Positions 29,648-40,330 of a DNA stretch of 64,000 nucleotides are shown here, one piece after another. The position numbers and the translations under genes are program-made. The notes under the pieces are model-generated. The model ran no database searches, had not been told where the DNA came from, and was given only the letters and a program-made list of their open reading frames with translations. Source of the DNA: an uncultured bacterium (GTDB lineage Bacteria; SAR324; NAC60-12); the NCBI GenBank assembly GCA_964010765.1, contig CAXGMD010000002.1, forward strand, positions 1-64,000, in the 5' to 3' direction. Numbering within the stretch: the stretch's first letter is position 1; each line of letters begins with the position of its first letter.

Positions 29648-30430
29648 TCATTTGCCCAACCAACTTGAGGCCCAACTCAGTCCTTTAAGAGTTCCCGAGA
29701 GCGGTCTATATTCGCAGCCCACCCAACCTTCGTATCCTAGTTCATCCAATTTTGAAAAGAGGAATGGGTAGTTGATCTCACCAGTTCCAGGTTCATGACG
29801 CCCAGGAGTATCAGCAATTTGAAAGTGAGCAATCCTAGGGAGGAGTTCAGTGATAGTTTGTGACAAATCTCCCTCCATGATTTGCATGTGGTAAATATCA
29901 TACTGAAACCAAAGGTTTGAAGATGCCACTTTCTCAATCACCGAGATTGCCTTAGCAGAATGATTCAAGAAATATCCAGGCATGTCTCGAGAATTGATCG
30001 CCTCAATTAGCAATCTAACATTCTGTTGTGCACAGAATTGTGAGGCGTATTTGAGATTTTCTGCATAGATTTCTAAGAGAGCTTCTTCAGGAATCCCCTC
30101 TGGCTTGATTCCAGCCATAGCATGAATTTGCTTACAGCCAAGACCATTAGCGTACTCAAGAGCGACTGCAACACTTTCACGAAATTCGTTTTGACGATTT
30201 GGATGACAACACATCCCTCTCTCCCCTTTCTCCCAATCTCCTGGAGGAAGATTAAACAGCACTTGGGTTAATTGATTCGCTTCAAGGGCTTCTCTTAGAT
30301 CAGCAATTGAGTATGCGTATGGAAAGAGGAACTCTACTCCCTGGAAACCTGCGTTTGCTGCAGCTCCAAAACGGTCAATAAAATCATGTTCATGGAACAT
30401 CATTGACAAATTAGCATTAAAACGGGGCAT
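29648..30430 (-). CDS. hyi: Hydroxypyruvate isomerase family protein
   Basis: MPRFNANLSMMF, VEFLFPY, YDIYHMQ, HFQIADTPGRHEPGTGEINY, GWVGCEY; next to glycerate kinase. Could be the OtnI paralog. Confidence 0.85.
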   Translation of the reverse strand: MPRFNANLSMMFHEHDFIDRFGAAANAGFQGVEFLFPYAYSIADLREALEANQLTQVLFNLPPGDWEKGERGMCCHPNRQNEFRESVAVALEYANGLGCKQIHAMAGIKPEGIPEEALLEIYAENLKYASQFCAQQNVRLLIEAINSRDMPGYFLNHSAKAISVIEKVASSNLWFQYDIYHMQIMEGDLSQTITELLPRIAHFQIADTPGRHEPGTGEINYPFLFSKLDELGYEGWVGCEYRPLSGTLKGLSWASSWLGK

Positions 30431-30571
30431 AGAAATTCTGTAAAAGATTTTGATAAATCAACCGAATTAAATCTTCGGGATCATTTATTCAGGTTTTTAA
30501 GGGTATCGATCCTAGATTTTCAAGAATTGAAATTACCTTTTTGATCCCATTGACCGTCAGATCTTCTAATT

Positions 30572-32713
30572 TTAGAAACTTGATCCAATGCCAAGCAAAA
30601 GCTTTTCTTCCTGAGTGCTGTACCAGACACGAGTTTGTACATTTACTCGATTAGCGATCGTATTGCCAAACTTGAGGCCGAAACGAAAATCACGTTGTTT
30701 GAGTTCGGCCTGTTCTTCGCGCTCATTGAAATCGTTGTTGCCAGAAGAATCAGTGGGGCGTGGATCTATCTTGTAATCCTTGTATCGCCACTTAGCTTCC
30801 GAGATTAACGCAAAGCTCGGAGCTTTTAGGAAATATTGAAATGCTCCTTGAACTTGTGTTGAGCCTAGAAACAGATGGATGAAACTGTTTCTACTAGGAA
30901 ATTTTGCAATTCCAACTGCGTAAATTTCCCACTCATCAAAGGTGGGAGAAAATTTACTTTCACCGTCCTTTTCAACTCCTGTGTAGGGACCCTCGCTAAG
31001 GAGTTCATAGTCTTCGGTATAGCTCAGATAAGTTCCCCCGAGGGCTAGGCCCAATGGAGTACTTCGGTTTCCCCAAGCCCTAAATTGGCCGCTGAATTGA
31101 AGCTCTCTGACTGGCTGCTTCCATGATGGGTCATAACGAAGGTCAATGAGACCTCCAAATGCTCCCTCATCCTGGCCCATTCCCAGGACCAGACGCCACA
31201 GACTGAATCGCTCTTCTCGTCCTTCGTCCGTTGCGATCCGTAATTCAGGATGAACATAAAAACGCGGATTAGCCACACTTCTCATTTCCAAAACAAACAC
31301 GTCCTCAGCCAAAGGGTCGTCCAAAAGAATTGCTGTTAGTTCTTCAATTTCTACGCTCAGACGGTTAATGGCGTCTTCAACTTGTTCCTTTAAGGTGGCG
31401 CCCATCTGATAGTCACGAAGTGCCATCAATTCTCTTCTCTTGAACTCCTTTTCTGCTAATTGATCTTCCACTAAGTTCAGCTGTATTTTCGCCAACCCTT
31501 GAACTGCTTCAATCTGTTGAGGAGAGTCTGGAAAACGGTTTAGATAATTTTTCCATGCTTCCATAGTATTGATCCGAACTGATTTATTGAATTCCAGCTC
31601 AGATAACAGAAGGCACTCAAGTTCAATGTTTGCCAACTGAAGAGGTGTTTGGGCTTCGGGTCCTAAATCCAATTGTACATTCAATATGGATGGGCAGGTC
31701 TCATCCAATTGGGATTGTTGCTTAAGTCCTTTTCCTCCATGAGTTACCTGGATAGGAAGCTCACTCAAGCGAAGACTACCGCTTGTTGAAATAGTGTTCA
31801 GTTGTTCAAGTTCTCTTTTTCTCGAAGCGAATTTTAGTCTCAAGGGAACATCGGGAAGAGGTTCCCCTTTGAAGGTCAAATCTAATTGCAGGGGGCTCTC
31901 AAAGCGATAACTTTCATTATTTGAGGCTGGAAGTAAGCGAACTGGATTAGGACTGTAGGATAGCTTCAATTTTGAAAGTAGAGAATCTAATTCGCTACGA
32001 ATTTTACTGCTAGCGGGAATACTTTTTAACTTTGCGAGTTGTAGCGCTGCGTCACGATATCGGGATCGCTGCTCAACCAGCAATGCGCTACGATATGCCC
32101 TCAATAGTCGGCTAAAATCCACAGCATCAGGACCAGATTGGCCAAATAGTCGTTCAAGTAGGGTTTTTCCGGATGATGCTTTGGAAGCTTCGTCCATTAA
32201 AGCGGCTACATCCTTGGAGTATTGAACCGATGGAGCAGCCAACTGGCCAATTGTCAGTGGGTAGATCACTAAAATTGTTTCATCACTGCAGCGTAAAATC
32301 TCTGGTGGTGGCAGTGGTATATCGATTCTACTTGATGTGCGGATTCGTTGAGTCGATTCTTCTATGAAATTCTCATTGCCATCGCTGAGTTTCAGTTCCA
32401 TCTGATTGCTAGTCATCGACTCGATTCTGAGAAAAATAGCTTCAGCAATTCGTTCTTGTGCCCTTCGAATTGCCTCCTCAGTATCGGCACCTCTGCCAGC
32501 AATTTCCTGCGGCCACTCTTCCAAGGCATTTAACACCAAACGTTCTCCCCTTGGAGGCATCGATTGCTGCAATTGAGATTGTCTAAAGTCACAGTCAGTT
32601 GACTGAGCAAATGCATTTTCTTCAGCAAAAATGAATGTGATGACGCAAGCCGTCGCGATCGAAGGGATTAAAGAATTCAAGATTTTTTTGAATGAATTGA
32701 ATTGATTCGCCAT
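30572..32713 (-). CDS. Large secreted hypothetical protein, possibly with a C-terminal outer-membrane beta-barrel
   Basis: Signal-like KKILNSLIPSIATACVITFIFAEENAFA; helical and coiled middle; aromatic/Gly-rich alternating strands ending LLLGIGSSF. Start 32713 preferred over 32761. Confidence 0.6.
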   Translation of the reverse strand: MANQFNSFKKILNSLIPSIATACVITFIFAEENAFAQSTDCDFRQSQLQQSMPPRGERLVLNALEEWPQEIAGRGADTEEAIRRAQERIAEAIFLRIESMTSNQMELKLSDGNENFIEESTQRIRTSSRIDIPLPPPEILRCSDETILVIYPLTIGQLAAPSVQYSKDVAALMDEASKASSGKTLLERLFGQSGPDAVDFSRLLRAYRSALLVEQRSRYRDAALQLAKLKSIPASSKIRSELDSLLSKLKLSYSPNPVRLLPASNNESYRFESPLQLDLTFKGEPLPDVPLRLKFASRKRELEQLNTISTSGSLRLSELPIQVTHGGKGLKQQSQLDETCPSILNVQLDLGPEAQTPLQLANIELECLLLSELEFNKSVRINTMEAWKNYLNRFPDSPQQIEAVQGLAKIQLNLVEDQLAEKEFKRRELMALRDYQMGATLKEQVEDAINRLSVEIEELTAILLDDPLAEDVFVLEMRSVANPRFYVHPELRIATDEGREERFSLWRLVLGMGQDEGAFGGLIDLRYDPSWKQPVRELQFSGQFRAWGNRSTPLGLALGGTYLSYTEDYELLSEGPYTGVEKDGESKFSPTFDEWEIYAVGIAKFPSRNSFIHLFLGSTQVQGAFQYFLKAPSFALISEAKWRYKDYKIDPRPTDSSGNNDFNEREEQAELKQRDFRFGLKFGNTIANRVNVQTRVWYSTQEEKLLLGIGSSF

Positions 32714-32741
32714 TTTGCAGAGAAAATTGGTTAGGGTTCTC

Positions 32742-33734
32742 CTATGAAGCTGCAGACTCATCTACTGTGGGCTCAGCATAGGCTTGCATGTCTGGTCCAA
32801 GCGGTACTACTCGACTGGGGTTTATTGTTTCATGACTGAAGTAATAGTGTTGTTGAATTTGCCAGAGGTCGACTGTCTCAAGAATTCCTGGGTAATGTAA
32901 TAATCTTCGAGTGTAGCCAAACAAACGCGGATAGTCTTTTATCCTACGTCGGTTGCATTTGAAATGGCCGTGATAGACCGGATCAAACCTGATCAGTGTT
33001 GGGAATAAGCGCCAGTCAGCTTCAGTGAGTTTGCTTCCACAAAGGTAAGTATTGTCCGCCAAGTGCTCTTCAATGCGGTCCAGTGTTTCAAAAAGTTCGA
33101 CGAAGGACTCTGCGTAAGCATTCTGAGTGGTCGCAAATCCACACCTGTAGACTCCGTTATTGAAAGTTCGATAAATTAAATCATTCCACTGATCGATTTC
33201 ATGTTGATGCTCAATCGGGTAGTAGTCCTCATGATTCCCAGTCAAATCATTGAAAGAAGAATTGAACATTCGAATAATTTCAGAGGATTCGTTGCTGACA
33301 ATCTGCTCGGTCTCTTTATCCCATAAAACTGGAACAGTGACCCGCCCAGTGTATTCAGGATCACATTTCGTATAGAGACGGTGCATATAAGGCAATTCGT
33401 ATAGATGATCGATAAATCTGTAATCCTCAGCTGCCTTCCGAAACTCCCAACCACTCTGAAGCATATGGGGATGAACAACTGAAACCCCAATCAAATCCAC
33501 CAAGCCTTTTAATTGTCGAAAAATCAAAGTTCGATGGGCCCACGGACATGCACCTGAAACGTAGAGATGATACCTTCCTGGCCGGGCTGGAAAACCTTTT
33601 GATTCGTTGGATCCACTTCTCCCATCACTGGTAACCCAATTTCGGAATTGAGCATCCTCCCGTATGAAGTGACCTCTGTTAGATTTAGTTTCGTACCATT
33701 GGTCATGCCATTGTCCGTTGATCAGAAGCCCCAT
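32742..33734 (-). CDS. yqjG: Glutathionyl-hydroquinone reductase (GST Xi/omega-like)
   Basis: MGLLINGQW, RYHLYVSGACPWAHR, GRVTVPVLWD, NESSEI, NNGVYRCGFA, RFDPVYHGHFKCN. Confidence 0.92.
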   Translation of the reverse strand: MGLLINGQWHDQWYETKSNRGHFIREDAQFRNWVTSDGRSGSNESKGFPARPGRYHLYVSGACPWAHRTLIFRQLKGLVDLIGVSVVHPHMLQSGWEFRKAAEDYRFIDHLYELPYMHRLYTKCDPEYTGRVTVPVLWDKETEQIVSNESSEIIRMFNSSFNDLTGNHEDYYPIEHQHEIDQWNDLIYRTFNNGVYRCGFATTQNAYAESFVELFETLDRIEEHLADNTYLCGSKLTEADWRLFPTLIRFDPVYHGHFKCNRRRIKDYPRLFGYTRRLLHYPGILETVDLWQIQQHYYFSHETINPSRVVPLGPDMQAYAEPTVDESAAS

Positions 33735-33940
33735 TTTGCCCTAGATTTAGATTGGGAATTTGTTAGTTGCTCTTTTAAAGTTCCACAAGATCACGGTGCC
33801 AGATTGGCGGTATCGGGGCAAGTGCTTTGGCAGGAAAAAGGATTTCCTAGAAGAAATCCTGGGTAGAAGATGCCTATCTAGATGAATCAATCCTATAGAA
33901 GTTTGCTCGTCATCATCACAAAAAATTAAGGTTTAAAAAC

Positions 33941-34165
33941 ATGGATCGATCAAAACTCTTCGAATGGTTGGGTGTGATCACTGCCATATTATATTCGCTC
34001 TTAGTGGCTTTGAATATTGGTGCTGAATTCGTTGGGTTTTCATTGTTATTGATTTCTTCATTCTTGATTGGCGTCTGGGCGTATTGGGGAGGCCATCGAG
34101 GAATCTTAATACTCCAATTGTTCTACGCTTCAGCTGGAATAATTGGAATGTTTCGATGGTTCTGA
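33941..34165 (+). CDS. Small hypothetical membrane protein (about 3 TM)
   Basis: 74-aa hydrophobic ORF filling an intergenic gap; AAGG RBS-like element upstream. Confidence 0.65.
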   Translation: MDRSKLFEWLGVITAILYSLLVALNIGAEFVGFSLLLISSFLIGVWAYWGGHRGILILQLFYASAGIIGMFRWF

Positions 34166-34220
34166 AAACGAAGGTAGGGAAGGTTTTGGAAAGAAAGTTT
34201 GATTCAAATGAAAAGTCTGG

Positions 34221-35399
34221 TTAAAAGGCCACTTTCCTATAAATTGTTTCTGCTAAGCGTAATCTGATTGTGAACGTGGTGCCCATCCCAAGTGAACTTT
34301 TCACAGCTATTTGTCCATTATGTTCTTCAATGATGTTCTTGGCGATTGAAAGGCCAAGTCCTGTTCCTTGACCCCGTTCTTTTGTAGTAAAGAATGGACT
34401 AAAAATACTGGATACAGTGGTTTCATTCATGCCAAGGCCATTATCGATAACTTCTATTTTTGCGAATTGATCTTCCGCATAAAAGTTTAACGCCAAAGAT
34501 GGATTGGGTGTATTCGTCAGCGCGTCAACCGCATTGTTGCATAGAATCAGGAGGACCTGCTCAAGTTGGCCCCTGTTTGACCTGATCAATGGCAATTGCT
34601 TTGGCAAATCTACCATCATCTTGATTCCCCTATCTTTTAGGGTTGGCCCAATCAATGATCTAACACCCTTAAGAACTTCCCCCGCATCACAAGGCCCCAA
34701 TCCAGGTTTTCCCCCATGAGTCATTTCCTGCATAAGTTTTAACCTATTGAGTAATTCCTCAGTGACATTTGTCATTGATGAAATATGTTCACCAAGTTCT
34801 TTTTCTCCTAGTTTGTTTAGTTGATGCAGGATGTTCAGATTCTGCAGCTGTGCCATTAAGACGCTCAAGGGTGTATGGAGTTCGTGCGCTAAGGATGCAC
34901 TGGCTTCTCCAATCGTTGCTAATCGATTTGATGATTTTACGGCTTCATGCGCGTTGGCTAATTCTTTGAGCAATGTATCCGTCGCTTCCAGTTCCTTTTC
35001 TTTCAGTGCAGTAACATCAGAAACAATCCCAAGGAATTCAAAAGGTTTTGCTTCAAAATCGAAGCTAAATTCCGCAACTGCACGAAGCCAGATAATAGAT
35101 CTCACAGGATGATGAAAACGAAACTCCAAATCTCTCTTTGAAGATCCATCTTCCGGATTCATAAATTGTTTGAATTTCTGGAGGTCGTCTGAGTGAACAA
35201 GCTGTAGCCATCCGTCCAAAGTTATCTGATGACTTTTTGGGAAGCCAAGGAGTTCAAGAGTTGCAGGGGTGCAAAACAGCTTATTGGTGCGGAGGTTTAA
35301 TTTCCAACTCCCCATTTGCAAGAGTTGAAACCAAGTCTCAATTGGAAGATTTGGGGCCGATTCATCAAAGTTTTCTGGTCGATCAACTTTTGATTTCAT
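34221..35399 (-). CDS. Orphan cytoplasmic PAS-domain sensor histidine kinase
   Basis: PAS/PAC (GSWKLN, LVHSDD, IWLR, GIVSDVT), H-box LAHELHTPL, N-box NNAVDA, DNGLG, FSPFFTTK, GTGLGL. Confidence 0.9.
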   Translation of the reverse strand: MKSKVDRPENFDESAPNLPIETWFQLLQMGSWKLNLRTNKLFCTPATLELLGFPKSHQITLDGWLQLVHSDDLQKFKQFMNPEDGSSKRDLEFRFHHPVRSIIWLRAVAEFSFDFEAKPFEFLGIVSDVTALKEKELEATDTLLKELANAHEAVKSSNRLATIGEASASLAHELHTPLSVLMAQLQNLNILHQLNKLGEKELGEHISSMTNVTEELLNRLKLMQEMTHGGKPGLGPCDAGEVLKGVRSLIGPTLKDRGIKMMVDLPKQLPLIRSNRGQLEQVLLILCNNAVDALTNTPNPSLALNFYAEDQFAKIEVIDNGLGMNETTVSSIFSPFFTTKERGQGTGLGLSIAKNIIEEHNGQIAVKSSLGMGTTFTIRLRLAETIYRKVAF

Positions 35400-35511
35400 T
35401 ATTACTGTTGGGGCGATTTTAAATCATAAAGTCTCATCTTTAAAGTTGTAATAACGAACCTTGTTGTCAGTCAAGACAAAATTAGATAAATTTGTCACTA
35501 TTATGAAACTT

Positions 35512-37041
35512 TTATTTCTGAAAAGCTGAAAAATTTCTTTCGATTCTTCCATCAGGTAAAAAAATTGTTGCGCTGACGCAGTCTAATTTATCCTCAATCT
35601 GGTGGCTGATGTAAAGAATTTGTGTGGTCTTTGATTTACCCAATAAATTAATCTTCTTAATTAATTCTGCTCTTTGATAAGGATCAAGCCCTTGGCAGGG
35701 TTCATCTAGTAATAGAATTTCTGGGGATTTGACCATCGCACGGGCCAATAAAAACAATCGTTGTTGGCCATAGGAAATGTTCAAGAAGGAATTTTCCGCG
35801 ATTTCAAAAAGATCAAATTGGGTTAACCACTTTTCAGCCGTTTCTTTTTGTTTTTCAGAAATAGCTCCATAAAAGCCAATCGAGTCATTGAAGCCAGAGT
35901 AAACAACTTTCCGGCCAGTAACTTTTTTACGATAGTTCATCTGCAGTTCGGGAGTAACCATTCCAATTCGTTTGCGCAGATCCCAAATGTTCTCACCAGA
36001 ACCTCTGCGTTTTCCAAAAATCCAAACCTTGTTGCTGTAAGCTTGTGGGTGTTCCCCTACTATCAACTTTACAAGAGTTGACTTCCCCGAACCATTTGGC
36101 CCAGCAACCTGCCAATGCTCTCCCGGTGGCCATGTCCAAGAAAAATCTTCAAACACCGTGTGACCCTGAAAATAGAGATGCACATTTTCCATTTCAATGG
36201 GTGGCACTGAGGAATCTTCGATTTTTCTAGATTCAGAAACAATAATCTCGCTTTTGAAATTACCTGTGTCTGAGGCCTTGATTTCACTTTTGTAAAGTTT
36301 CTTCAAGTTTGCTTCAGTAAGGACAGCAGAACGCCCCCCTGAAAATTCCATTTTCCCATGCCGCAAACCCATCACATCAGTGATTTCTGGGATCAATTCA
36401 TCCTGACGATGACTCACCAGAATAAGTGATAATTTGGAGTGTTGGACTAACTCTCGGAGCAATGATTTAAAATCCTTGCTGGAATTCTGGTCCAAACCGT
36501 CAAATGGTTCGTCCAGCATCAATAGCTTTGGGAATCGGATCAGGGATTTGAAGAGTAAGAATTTTCGCCATTCCCCATTGGATAATCCACGGATGGGACG
36601 ATCTACTTTTGAGTCCAATTGCATAAGGACAAGCAAGTCCTTACTTTCCTTTTCAGCGAGCATATACTCAGAGAACATGCTTCGAATGGTTTGTTGCTCT
36701 TGCTCCCTTCCACTATACTCTTCCCATCGATCCTTCAGTTTCTCCTGTGCAAGTAGACTCAAAGGTTGATTGAGGTGAACCCAGCCAAGGTGAGTTACGC
36801 CCTGCAATTCAGGATGTCGACGCAATTTTCCCTCACAATAAGCGATTTGTTGGGCCAAAACCCGCAGCATTGTAGACTTCCCTGCCCCGTTTCCGCCCAA
36901 GATTGCCCAATGCTCGCTTTTCGCAAAAGTCCAATCAACTTTTTCCAAAACAATTCTGCCCTGTAGACGAACAGCAATACCTTTCATCTCAAACCAATTG
37001 ATGCTGTCATCTGCTAAATCAGGCATTTTTAGAAACTCCAC
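35512..37041 (-). CDS. modF: ModF-like ABC ATPase with two nucleotide-binding domains
   Basis: EHWAILGGNGAGKS, LSNGE, LDEPFDGLD; second domain EHWQVAGPNGSGKS, HPQAYSN, RRGSGENIWD, SYGQQRL. Confidence 0.82.
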   Translation of the reverse strand: MEFLKMPDLADDSINWFEMKGIAVRLQGRIVLEKVDWTFAKSEHWAILGGNGAGKSTMLRVLAQQIAYCEGKLRRHPELQGVTHLGWVHLNQPLSLLAQEKLKDRWEEYSGREQEQQTIRSMFSEYMLAEKESKDLLVLMQLDSKVDRPIRGLSNGEWRKFLLFKSLIRFPKLLMLDEPFDGLDQNSSKDFKSLLRELVQHSKLSLILVSHRQDELIPEITDVMGLRHGKMEFSGGRSAVLTEANLKKLYKSEIKASDTGNFKSEIIVSESRKIEDSSVPPIEMENVHLYFQGHTVFEDFSWTWPPGEHWQVAGPNGSGKSTLVKLIVGEHPQAYSNKVWIFGKRRGSGENIWDLRKRIGMVTPELQMNYRKKVTGRKVVYSGFNDSIGFYGAISEKQKETAEKWLTQFDLFEIAENSFLNISYGQQRLFLLARAMVKSPEILLLDEPCQGLDPYQRAELIKKINLLGKSKTTQILYISHQIEDKLDCVSATIFLPDGRIERNFSAFQK

Positions 37042-37282
37042 AAAGAAGATTAATCAAGAATCTGTTTGAATTAGTTATTGCAAAAAATCCCCGGCAATCA
37101 AATTCAGTGTTGATTTTTGGCAAGGCCCTGCCCCATAATCACGCCGAATTTTTCAGGACGCAAATATTTTTAAAAATTTGATGACATCAGCAATCAGACC
37201 TTTGATCTTTGTTCTTGATAAATTCAGCAATTCACTTTGCATCGGTACCTGTATGCATCCAATCACAACAAGGGGGTAAGAT

Positions 37283-38254
37283 ATGAACTTAAACGAAACA
37301 CAACTACTGCAAGCGTACCGCAAGATGCGTCAGATCCGCGATTTTGAGGATCGAGTCCATGAGGAGTTTGCCACTGGGATTATTCCTGGGTTTGTCCATC
37401 TTTACGCTGGTGAGGAAGCCTCTGCAGTTGGCTTCTGCATGCACCTCAATGACGAAGACCGCATTGCCAGCACTCATAGAGGCCATGGTCACTGCATCGC
37501 CAAGGGGGTAGAGATCAACGGGATGATGTCGGAGATCTTCGGTCGCCGCAATGGCACCTGTGCCGGCAAAGGTGGTTCGATGCATATCGCAGACTTGGAA
37601 AAGGGGATGATGGGGGCCAATGGGATCGTCGGTGCGGGGCCTCCCTTGATCTGTGGAGCGGGCCTAGCAGCCAAGTTCCGCAAGAACGGTGGGGTGGCGA
37701 TCGCCTTTGTAGGCGATGGAGGCTCCAACCAGGGAACGACGATGGAGTCATTGAATCTGGCTTCTGTCTGGAATCTGCCCTGTATCTTTGTGGCTGAGAA
37801 CAACGGCTATGCAGAGGCGACGTCGAGTAAATGGTCGGTTTCCTGTGAGAACATTGCCGACCGTGCGGCAGCCTTTGGGATGCCGGGGGTGGTTGTGGAT
37901 GGGCATGATTTCTTTGCGGTCTATGAGGTAGCTGGCGAAGCGATCAAACGCGCCCGTGAAGGAGGAGGCCCAACATTAGTGGAGTGCAAGATCAACCGCT
38001 ACTACGGTCACTTTGAAGGAGATGCCCAGACGTACCGAACGATTGATGAGGTAAAAAATATCAAGGAGAACAAGGACTGCCTGATGCTCTTTGCCAAGCG
38101 GGTGACCGAGCAGGGTTTGTTGACCCAGGCGCAGTTGGACGCCATTGACAAGGAGGTTGCCGCAGAGATTGAAGCTTCAGTCGTTCATGCGAAGTCTTCA
38201 GCGAAGCCGACAGAGGTAGACCTGCTGACAGACGTATATGTCAGTTATCCTTGA
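37283..38254 (+). CDS. acoA: Acetoin dehydrogenase E1 alpha subunit, copy 1
   Basis: IPGFVHLYAGEEA, STHRGHGH, TPP motif GDG...ENN, RYYGHFEGDAQTYR, LLTDVYVSY. Confidence 0.93.
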   Translation: MNLNETQLLQAYRKMRQIRDFEDRVHEEFATGIIPGFVHLYAGEEASAVGFCMHLNDEDRIASTHRGHGHCIAKGVEINGMMSEIFGRRNGTCAGKGGSMHIADLEKGMMGANGIVGAGPPLICGAGLAAKFRKNGGVAIAFVGDGGSNQGTTMESLNLASVWNLPCIFVAENNGYAEATSSKWSVSCENIADRAAAFGMPGVVVDGHDFFAVYEVAGEAIKRAREGGGPTLVECKINRYYGHFEGDAQTYRTIDEVKNIKENKDCLMLFAKRVTEQGLLTQAQLDAIDKEVAAEIEASVVHAKSSAKPTEVDLLTDVYVSYP

Positions 38255-39277
38255 TTGACTCACCCACAAACCAGAGGAGTTAGAGATGGCCAGAATGATT
38301 ACATTCAAGCAATCCATCAATGAGGCCTTGGCCCAGGAGATGGCTCGCGATGAGACAGTGATTGCAATGGGGGAAGATATTGTTGGAGGTATGGGGGGCG
38401 ATGGAGAGATGGACGCCTGGGGTGGAGTGTTTGGCTTCACGAAGGGTCTTCATGGCCAGTTTGGAGACCGCGTGATGGACACGCCAATTACGGAGTCAGC
38501 CTTCATTGGTGCAGCCGCGGGGGCAGCAGCCTGTGGGATGCGTCCGGTGGCGGAGTTGATGTTCATCGACTTCATGGGGGTTTGTTTTGACCAGATCTTC
38601 AACCAGGCGGCGAAGTTCAAGTACATGTTTGGGGGCAAAGCAGAAACACCGATGGTGGTTCGGACGATGATTGGGGGAGGTCTTCGTGCAGCTTCCCAAC
38701 ATTCGCAGTGTCTGTATCCGATCTTTACCCACATTCCTGGTTTGAAGGTGGTGATACCTTCAAATCCATATGATGCGAAGGGTTTGTTGATCCAGGCGAT
38801 CCGGGACAATGATCCGGTGATTTTCTGTGAGCACAAGTCGTTGCACCAGTTGGAGGGAGATGTTCCTGAGACACCGTATGCGATCCCGTTCAACGAAGCG
38901 AATGTGGTACGAGAGGGAGGGGATGTGACAATCGTGGCGATTGGCTTCATGGTGCACCGAGCCATGGAAGCAGCGACAGCATTGGCGAAGGAGGGGATTC
39001 AGTGTGAGGTAATTGATCCACGGACGACTTCGCCGTTGGATTTGGAGACGATCATTGAGAGTGTGGAGAACACGGGTCGCTTGGTGGTGGTGGATGAGTC
39101 GAATCCGCGCTGCAGCATGGCTGCAGACATCAGTGCGCAGGTGACGGAACAGGCCTTTGGTTCATTGAAGGGTCCGGTGAGGATGGTGACGGCACCGCAT
39201 TGTCCACCGCCATTTTCGGATGTGTTGGAGGATCTCTACATGCCAAGTGCAGAGAAAATCGCTGAGGCTGTCAGGTC
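37308..39277 (+). repeat. 1970-bp direct repeat, copy 1 (core of acoA-acoB)
   Basis: Matches 50854-52823 at a constant offset of 13546. Proteins, spacer and shadow ORFs are identical; I saw no mismatch in spot checks. Confidence 0.93.
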
Positions 39278-39287
39278 GCTCAAGTGA
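38286..39287 (+). CDS. acoB: Acetoin dehydrogenase E1 beta subunit, copy 1
   Basis: DAWGGVFG, DTPITE, RPVAELMF, NQAAKFKYMFGG, QHSQ, DNDPVIFCEHK. Confidence 0.93.
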   Translation: MARMITFKQSINEALAQEMARDETVIAMGEDIVGGMGGDGEMDAWGGVFGFTKGLHGQFGDRVMDTPITESAFIGAAAGAAACGMRPVAELMFIDFMGVCFDQIFNQAAKFKYMFGGKAETPMVVRTMIGGGLRAASQHSQCLYPIFTHIPGLKVVIPSNPYDAKGLLIQAIRDNDPVIFCEHKSLHQLEGDVPETPYAIPFNEANVVREGGDVTIVAIGFMVHRAMEAATALAKEGIQCEVIDPRTTSPLDLETIIESVENTGRLVVVDESNPRCSMAADISAQVTEQAFGSLKGPVRMVTAPHCPPPFSDVLEDLYMPSAEKIAEAVRSLK

Positions 39288-40330
39288 GACTTCAAGATCC
39301 GCCCAAAGAGGTGAGCCGGCCAATTCGTGTCGGAATTCTGGCAAACCCAGCCTCTGGGCGGGATATTCGAAGAGTCATTTCCAAAGCTTCTGTCTTCCCG
39401 ACAGCTGAAAAGTGCAACATGATCCAACGGTTGTTGGGTGCACTGACAGTTTGTGGGGTAGATGAAGCTTGGATGATGCCGGATAAGGGAGGCATAGCTA
39501 CTGTCATTAAGCGGTTCGGTAAGACTCCTGAGGGGAAACGATTGCTGCCTGTTCAATTTACGGATACAGCCATCATGGAGATCCCTGAGGATACCAGATT
39601 ATCTGTCCGTGCAATGGTAGCAGCTGGTATTCGCGCAATCATAGTTCTAGGGGGGGATGGCACCCATCGACTAGTTGCTGAGGAATGTGGAGACATCCCA
39701 ATGGCAACACTCTCAACGGGGACAAACAACAGTTTTCCAGAATTGAGGGAAGCTACCCTCAGTGGTTTGGCGGCAGGTTTGGTTGCGACCGAGAGGTTAA
39801 ATTCAGACGATGTCACCAGAAGAGAGAAGAGGCTGTTGGTTGAAGTCAATGGCGAAACAAGGGGTATGGCTCTAGTAGATGCCTGCATTAGTGCAGATAT
39901 GTTTGTAGCTGCGAAAGCAGTTTGGCAAGTTGAGCAACTCAGAGAACTGTATGTAACTTTTGCGTCAAGCGAGGCAATCGGACTTTCTTCGATCGCTTCG
40001 TTGGTACACCCCGTTGGGCGGGATCAAGATCATGGACTAGGAGTACAAATGGATCCAGTCGCTACCCAAAAGGTTATGGCTCCGATTGCACCAGGTTTGT
40101 TCGCTCAACTTGGGATTCAAAGATGGGACGAACTTCAACTTGGAAGCTCCTGGGCTCCATCCATCGACCGAGGGGTGATTGCGCTAGATGGAGAAAGAGA
40201 AATTGAGTTCAGAGCTGTTGATAAGGTCCGATTAAGTTTGGATCGTCTTGGGCCCAGAGTAATTGATGTCAGCAAGGCTTTAGGTGCTGCAGCTAAGAAT
40301 GGGATCATGCTATCTGATTCAAATGAATAG
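39284..40330 (+). CDS. acoX: AcoX, NAD-kinase-fold acetoin catabolism protein
   Basis: VGILANPASGRDIRR, IVLGGDGT, STGTNNSFP, ALDGEREI; GTGA overlap with acoB. Confidence 0.88.
   Translation: MRLQDPPKEVSRPIRVGILANPASGRDIRRVISKASVFPTAEKCNMIQRLLGALTVCGVDEAWMMPDKGGIATVIKRFGKTPEGKRLLPVQFTDTAIMEIPEDTRLSVRAMVAAGIRAIIVLGGDGTHRLVAEECGDIPMATLSTGTNNSFPELREATLSGLAAGLVATERLNSDDVTRREKRLLVEVNGETRGMALVDACISADMFVAAKAVWQVEQLRELYVTFASSEAIGLSSIASLVHPVGRDQDHGLGVQMDPVATQKVMAPIAPGLFAQLGIQRWDELQLGSSWAPSIDRGVIALDGEREIEFRAVDKVRLSLDRLGPRVIDVSKALGAAAKNGIMLSDSNE

Noticed and set aside
37117..37131. Possible sigma54 promoter TGGCAAGGCCCTGC upstream of acoA copy 1
   Set aside because: GG-to-GC spacing is 9 nt rather than the strict 10, and it lies about 150 bp from the start.
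37304..39888. Antisense ORFs over acoAB/acoX (up to 171 aa), repeated at 50850-52511, and other short overlapping ORFs in the track
   Set aside because: They are shadows of well-supported genes with no motifs; their recurrence only reflects the DNA repeat.
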